NCBI GenBank assembly: GCA_965248355.1
Contig: OZ252098.1
Span: 4,864,001 to 4,928,000 of the forward strand
Direction of reading: 5' to 3'
Length of the DNA stretch: 64,000 nt
Source: Candidatus Latescibacterota bacterium
GTDB lineage: Bacteria > Latescibacterota > UBA2968 > UBA8231
Made by a program: the position numbers and the translations under genes. This document shows, piece by piece, positions 59,721 through 64,000 of the stretch; positions within the stretch are counted from its first letter, which is position 1, and the number at the start of each line of letters is the position of its first letter. Below the pieces are notes generated by a model, which did no database searches, was not told the origin of the DNA, and saw only the letters and a program-made list of their open reading frames with translations.

Positions 59721-61082
59721 TCAGACGACGCCGAAGGCGAGCATGGCGTCGGCCACCTTGCGGAAGCCGGCGATGTTGGCGCCGGCGAGGTAGTCGATGC
59801 GCCCGTCCTCGCCGCGGCCGTGCTCGACGCAGCGGAGGTGGATGTCGGCCATGATCTGCTCGAGCTGCCGCTCCATGTCCTCCAGGTTCCAAGACAGGCG
59901 GGCGGAGTTCTGGCTCATCTCCAGGCCGGAGACGGCCACGCCGCCGGCGTTGGCCGCCTTCGCCGGGCCGAAGAGCACGCCGGCCTCCTGGAACCGCTCC
60001 ACGGCCTCCGACTCGCTCGGCATGTTGGCCCCCTCGCAGACGGCGCGCGCGCCGTTGCCGATCAGCGCCCCGGCGTCCTCCCCCGACACCTCGTTCTGGG
60101 TGGCGCAGGGCAGGGCCAGGTCGCAGGGCACGCCCCAGGGGCGGGCGCCGGCGTGGAAGGCGGCGCCGGGATATTCGTCGGCGTATTCGGAGATGCGCCC
60201 GCGGCGGACCTCCTTCAGGTCCTTGAGGAAGGCGAGCTTCTCCTCGTCGATGCCGTCCGGGTCGTGGATGAAGCCCCCCGAGTCCGACAGTGTCTGCACC
60301 TTGCCCCCGAGCTGGAGCAGCTTCTCGGCGGCGTGGAGGGAGACGTTGCCCGAGCCGGAGATGTTGGCCCGCAGACCCTCGATCCCGCCGCCGTCCTCGG
60401 TCAGCATGTGCGACAGAAACAGCACCGCCCCGTACCCGGTGGCCTCGCTGCGGATCAGGCTGCCCCCGAACTCGAGCCCCTTGCCGGTGAGCACCCCCTC
60501 GAAGGTCCCGGTGATGCGCTTGTACTGGCCGAACATGAAGCCGATCTCCCGCGCCCCGACGCCGATGTCGCCGGCGGGCACGTCCACGTTGGGGCCCACG
60601 TGGCGGTAGAGCTCGGTCATGAAGGCCTGGCAGAACCGCATCACCTCGTCGTCCGACTTCCCCTTGGGATTGAAGTTGGCGCCTCCCTTGCCGGCCCCCA
60701 TGGGCAGCCCCGTGAGACTGTTCTTGAAGGTCTGCTCGAAGGCCAGGAACTTGAGCACGCTCGGGGTCACGTTGTGCGAGAACCGCAGGCCCCCCTTGTA
60801 GGGGCCGATGGCGTTGTTCATCTGCACGCGGTAGCCGCGGTTGACGCGGATCTCGCCGGCGTCGTCCCGCCACGAGACGCGGAAGGAGACGATGCGGTCC
60901 GGCTCGGTCATGCGTTCGAGGATCCGGTACTCCCGGTAGAGGGGATGGCGGTCGATGTAGGGCAGCAGCGCCTCGGCCACCTCCCGCACGGCCTGGTGGA
61001 ACTCCTCCTCGCCGGGGTTGCGCAACGCCAGACCCTCCATGAAACGGGCCATCTCGGGATGGGGCTTCCTTCCGTCGGTCAT
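59721..61082 (-). CDS. gdhA: NADP-specific glutamate dehydrogenase
   Basis: GPYKGGLRF, FEQTFKNSLTGLPMGAGKGG, DVPAGDIGVG, RSEATGYG, KAANAGGVAVSGLEMSQN. Confidence 0.96.
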   Translation of the reverse strand: MTDGRKPHPEMARFMEGLALRNPGEEEFHQAVREVAEALLPYIDRHPLYREYRILERMTEPDRIVSFRVSWRDDAGEIRVNRGYRVQMNNAIGPYKGGLRFSHNVTPSVLKFLAFEQTFKNSLTGLPMGAGKGGANFNPKGKSDDEVMRFCQAFMTELYRHVGPNVDVPAGDIGVGAREIGFMFGQYKRITGTFEGVLTGKGLEFGGSLIRSEATGYGAVLFLSHMLTEDGGGIEGLRANISGSGNVSLHAAEKLLQLGGKVQTLSDSGGFIHDPDGIDEEKLAFLKDLKEVRRGRISEYADEYPGAAFHAGARPWGVPCDLALPCATQNEVSGEDAGALIGNGARAVCEGANMPSESEAVERFQEAGVLFGPAKAANAGGVAVSGLEMSQNSARLSWNLEDMERQLEQIMADIHLRCVEHGRGEDGRIDYLAGANIAGFRKVADAMLAFGVV

Positions 61083-61113
61083 GTATCAGATCCTCTCTGA
61101 GAGTCGGGTGTCG

Positions 61114-62789
61114 TCATGCTTCTTCCCCTGGCCTGGCCGAGTCGAAGAGCGCGGCCAGTAGATCCAGTTTCCGGGATACCTCCTCCGGGATTGCGGCTGG
61201 TTCCACGAAGTCGATGAGCCGGTGCAGCTCTCCCTTGCGCAGGAGCATGGCGTGGTTCAGCCGTTCGGCGAGGCGGCGGAAGAACTCCTCCGCGAAGTCG
61301 CTGAGCTTGACCTGGGCCGTGGCCGCCTCCCACACCAGGCGGGCCCCGTCGGCGTCGAGCCCCTGCCAGGTCGCGAAGTCCGCGGCCCGTCCGGGGAAGA
61401 CGCGCTCCTGGATCAGCTCGTCGAGGACTTCCGCCGTCTCCTTGCGGTAACCGCCGAAGAGCGTCATGTCCCGGTAGTGATGAGCCGCGTAGCTCAAAAG
61501 GACGCCCGGCGTCACGTAGTAGTTCTCCACTTCGTAGCGGGTCCAGCAGGCGGTCCGAAGCCCCCCTCCACTCGCTCGAGCTCGGAATCCATGTCGGCGC
61601 CGGGGAAGTTGTCCTGCACGTAGAAGGCGTTGATGCGCTCGTCCCACGTTTCGGCGGCTCGATGGCTCAGTCTCTCACCCAGGGCCCGAAGGTTGTCGAG
61701 ATCGGTGCCGCCCTCGACGTAGAGCACGTAGCCGCGTTGGCGCGCCCGGACGTAGTGATCGGCCCCGTAGTGCTTGAGAGCGTTGCGGATCCCGGTCTTC
61801 TGGGCCAGGTCGTCCGCCTGCCCCTCCAGCAGCAGGGTGAGGTTGTGGTCGAGCGCTTCCTGGAGGATGACCTCCGAGTGGGTCACGAGGACGACCTGCG
61901 ACTCGTTGCGGGCGGCGATCTCGCGCAGCAGCACGTAGACCTGCTTCTGGCGCAGGATCTCGAGATGGGCGTCGGGCTCGTCGATGAGGAGCACGCTGCC
62001 CCGATGGGAATACAAATGGGCGAAGATCAGCAGCATCTGCTGCAGCCCTCGCCCCGCCAGTGCCACGTCCAGCCGCTCCCGGACATCGTCCTGCCGGTAG
62101 AACAGGTCTATGGCACCGCGGGCGGTCTCCTCGGGATCGGCCAGCCTCACCCTGAACAGCCGCTCCACAAGTCCGGTGATCTGCTTCCAGTCCTCGGGGG
62201 ACTCGCGGAATACGATCAGGCACAGGTTGCGCAGCACCTGGGCCGTCTGCCCCTGGCCCAGCAACACGTCGATGCGCCCGGGCTGGAGGAGGGGTTCCTC
62301 CGTCTCGATGCCCGACATCGGGTACAGCAACTCGACGTTGATGGCAGCCGCCCTCTCGATGAGTTCAGGTCTGGCAAGGGTGGCCTCGTCGGGGGTGCAG
62401 TAGACCAACTCGTTTCCCTGGTTGCGGAACTGCATGGTCACGGGCTCGACCTTGTTCTCGTGAAGGACGCCGAGTGTGATCTGCAGCTTGATGTCGCGGT
62501 TGCCCGTGCGCACGGCGGCGTTGTGCCAGAAATATCGTGTCCGCTGAACGGGGACCGAGATGATGTTGAGCCGGTTGAGCGAAGTCGACGTCCGCTCTTT
62601 GGGCGGCGCCTCACCCTTGATATCGAACCAGGTCCTGACGGCCTGCGACCAGAGGGCGATGGCCTGGATGGCCGTGGTCTTGCCGCTGTTGTTCGGACCG
62701 ATGAGGACGGCCGGGTGATCAAGCTCGATGCGCTGCTTGTCGCCGAAGCGCTTGAAGTTCCGGATCTCCAGCCAGTGCAGCAGCCTCAT
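61114..62789 (-). pseudogene. AAA_21/OLD-like ABC ATPase with TOPRIM-like C-terminus, frame broken at about 61560
   Basis: IRNFKRF, GPNNSGKTT, LLIDEPDAHL, VTHS, LYVEGGTD; the frame changes between VEGGFG and CWTRYEVENYY. Confidence 0.8.
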
Positions 62790-63631
62790 GCAGGCAGCCC
62801 GGACTTGCGCCGCAGCCTGTCCTGGCGCGGCTCCTCGGCCCGGCGCAGGGCCAGCTCGGGCACGTGCAGCTCGCCGAGCACCTCGGCGTCGGCGCGGACG
62901 AAGCCCTCGGCGTAGCTCACCTGGGCGTACCAGCCGGCCGTCCCCGCGCCGATCTCCACCCGTTTGCGGGCGAACTCCTCGAACTGGCCCTGGCTCTCGA
63001 AGAGCGTCTCCGCCCGCACGCGTTGGTCGCGCCATTCGCTGATGTCCACGTAGAAGTCGATCTCCTCGTGCGGGAAGTAGATGCCGAGGTAGAAGGTCGC
63101 CGCCACCGTGTGGGGCCTCTCCCGGGTCTCGTGGTCGGGCATGGCGGCCAGACCCTTGGCCTCGAGCACGGCGATGGCTGTCTCAGCGTGGTCGTCGAGG
63201 GCCATGTTGGCCATGCCGTGGCGCGCGTTGTAGTAGGGCTTCTGGGTGATCAGCACGTGGGGGCGCACGTCGTGGAAGACCTGTCTCAGCTCGTCGACGG
63301 CCCCGGGGCTGCTCTCCAGGCGGAAGGGCTGGGGCCACTGCAGGATGCGCACGTCGGTGACCCCGAAGAGGGCGCACACGCGCCGCACCTCGCCGGCCTT
63401 GATCCGGGCGTACTCCTCCGGCTTCTGGTCGAGCACGGACGGGTCGCGCTCGGCCTCGGGCTTGAGCAGCTCGTCGTGGAGCCGCTCGTTGTGGGTGCGG
63501 GCGCCGCTGGTGACGGTGACCACGGTGACCGAGTCGCCCCGGGCCGCGTGGATGCCGCAGGTGGCGGCGCAGTGGGTGAAGTCGTGGGGATGGGCGACGA
63601 CGACGAGAATGCGCAGCGGGCTCTCACTCAT
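62786..63631 (-). CDS. PIG-L/LmbE-family deacetylase
   Basis: ILVVVAHPHD, VTVTSG, RPHVLIT, DDH, YVDIS, YAEGF. Confidence 0.88.
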   Translation of the reverse strand: MSESPLRILVVVAHPHDFTHCAATCGIHAARGDSVTVVTVTSGARTHNERLHDELLKPEAERDPSVLDQKPEEYARIKAGEVRRVCALFGVTDVRILQWPQPFRLESSPGAVDELRQVFHDVRPHVLITQKPYYNARHGMANMALDDHAETAIAVLEAKGLAAMPDHETRERPHTVAATFYLGIYFPHEEIDFYVDISEWRDQRVRAETLFESQGQFEEFARKRVEIGAGTAGWYAQVSYAEGFVRADAEVLGELHVPELALRRAEEPRQDRLRRKSGLPA

Positions 63632-64000
63632 GCGGTCCTCTGTTCGATGGCCGGCACGGGAGTGTACCGGTTGTGGCCGCCCGACCGGTCCTGGCCGCGC
63701 AACAGGTAGATGCGGTGACGGCCTGGGCCGTCGGACGTCTCGGCGTGGCGCACGCGGGCGGGGCAGTAGCGCATGGTGTACCCGCAGCGCCGGCGGGCGG
63801 AGCGGTTGGCGTTGGAGGCGTGGAGGGTGAAGGCGTCGTGGAAGTGGCACTCGCCGGCGTCCAGCTCCAGGTCGACGATCGCGGACTCGTCGATCTCCCC
63901 GGTATCCGCCTCGCTGCCGAAGAGGTAGCCCTCCTCCTGCACGGCCTCGTAGCGCAGACCGCGGCGGCGGTGGCTGCCGGCCACGACCCGCATGCAGCCG
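63628..64000 (-). CDS. PhyH-family dioxygenase, 5' end outside the window
   Basis: GCMRVVAGSH, LELDAGECHFHDAFTLHAS.AN.S.RRR.G..MRY. Confidence 0.85.
   Translation of the reverse strand, partial: GCMRVVAGSHRRRGLRYEAVQEEGYLFGSEADTGEIDESAIVDLELDAGECHFHDAFTLHASNANRSARRRCGYTMRYCPARVRHAETSDGPGRHRIYLLRGQDRSGGHNRYTPVPAIEQRTA

Overview
High-GC bacterial chromosome segment with no rRNA, tRNA or CRISPR array that I can see. The gene content (four PhyH-type dioxygenases, a sulfatase, an ankyrin protein, secreted proteins with FlgD-Ig or WGQLK tails) suggests an uncultured Latescibacterota/Poribacteria-like, possibly sponge-associated organism; this is inference only. Layout: (1) 1-11.1 kb: two tandem paralogous secreted zincin-like proteins (one has lost the catalytic Glu), an MFS transporter, a Gly-zipper repeat protein, a PhyH with an HxG motif and a uxuA-like gene. 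(2) About 11.1-34.3 kb: a defence island with an IS256-interrupted HEPN gene, a YgjP/M48 protein, a type I RM system whose hsdS-hsdR junction is split by about 6.4 kb of cargo (DEDDh-BRCT exonuclease, antitoxins, PHP-ATPase, AlbA-HATPase), an MqsR-like/MqsA/KGGVGR-ATPase-TPR three-gene unit, a frameshifted GmrSD-like gene, a ParA variant and orphan antitoxins. (3) 34.4-64 kb: secreted Cache proteins, catabolic enzymes, DUF1854-ABC, IS630, a YtrA-type GntR/ABC operon with a clear promoter and operator, a Phd/ParE pair and a long minus-strand metabolic operon with inserted MazE and ATPase genes. The best candidates for something undescribed are the toxin-antitoxin-ATPase/TPR unit in front of hsdM, and a recurrent integrase-free insertion pattern in which cargo is flanked by decayed 40-190 bp duplicates of the target gene end (hsdR start x3, antidote start x2, uxuA end x2). 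Several single-base frameshifts may be sequencing errors. All family calls come from motif recognition, not database searches.
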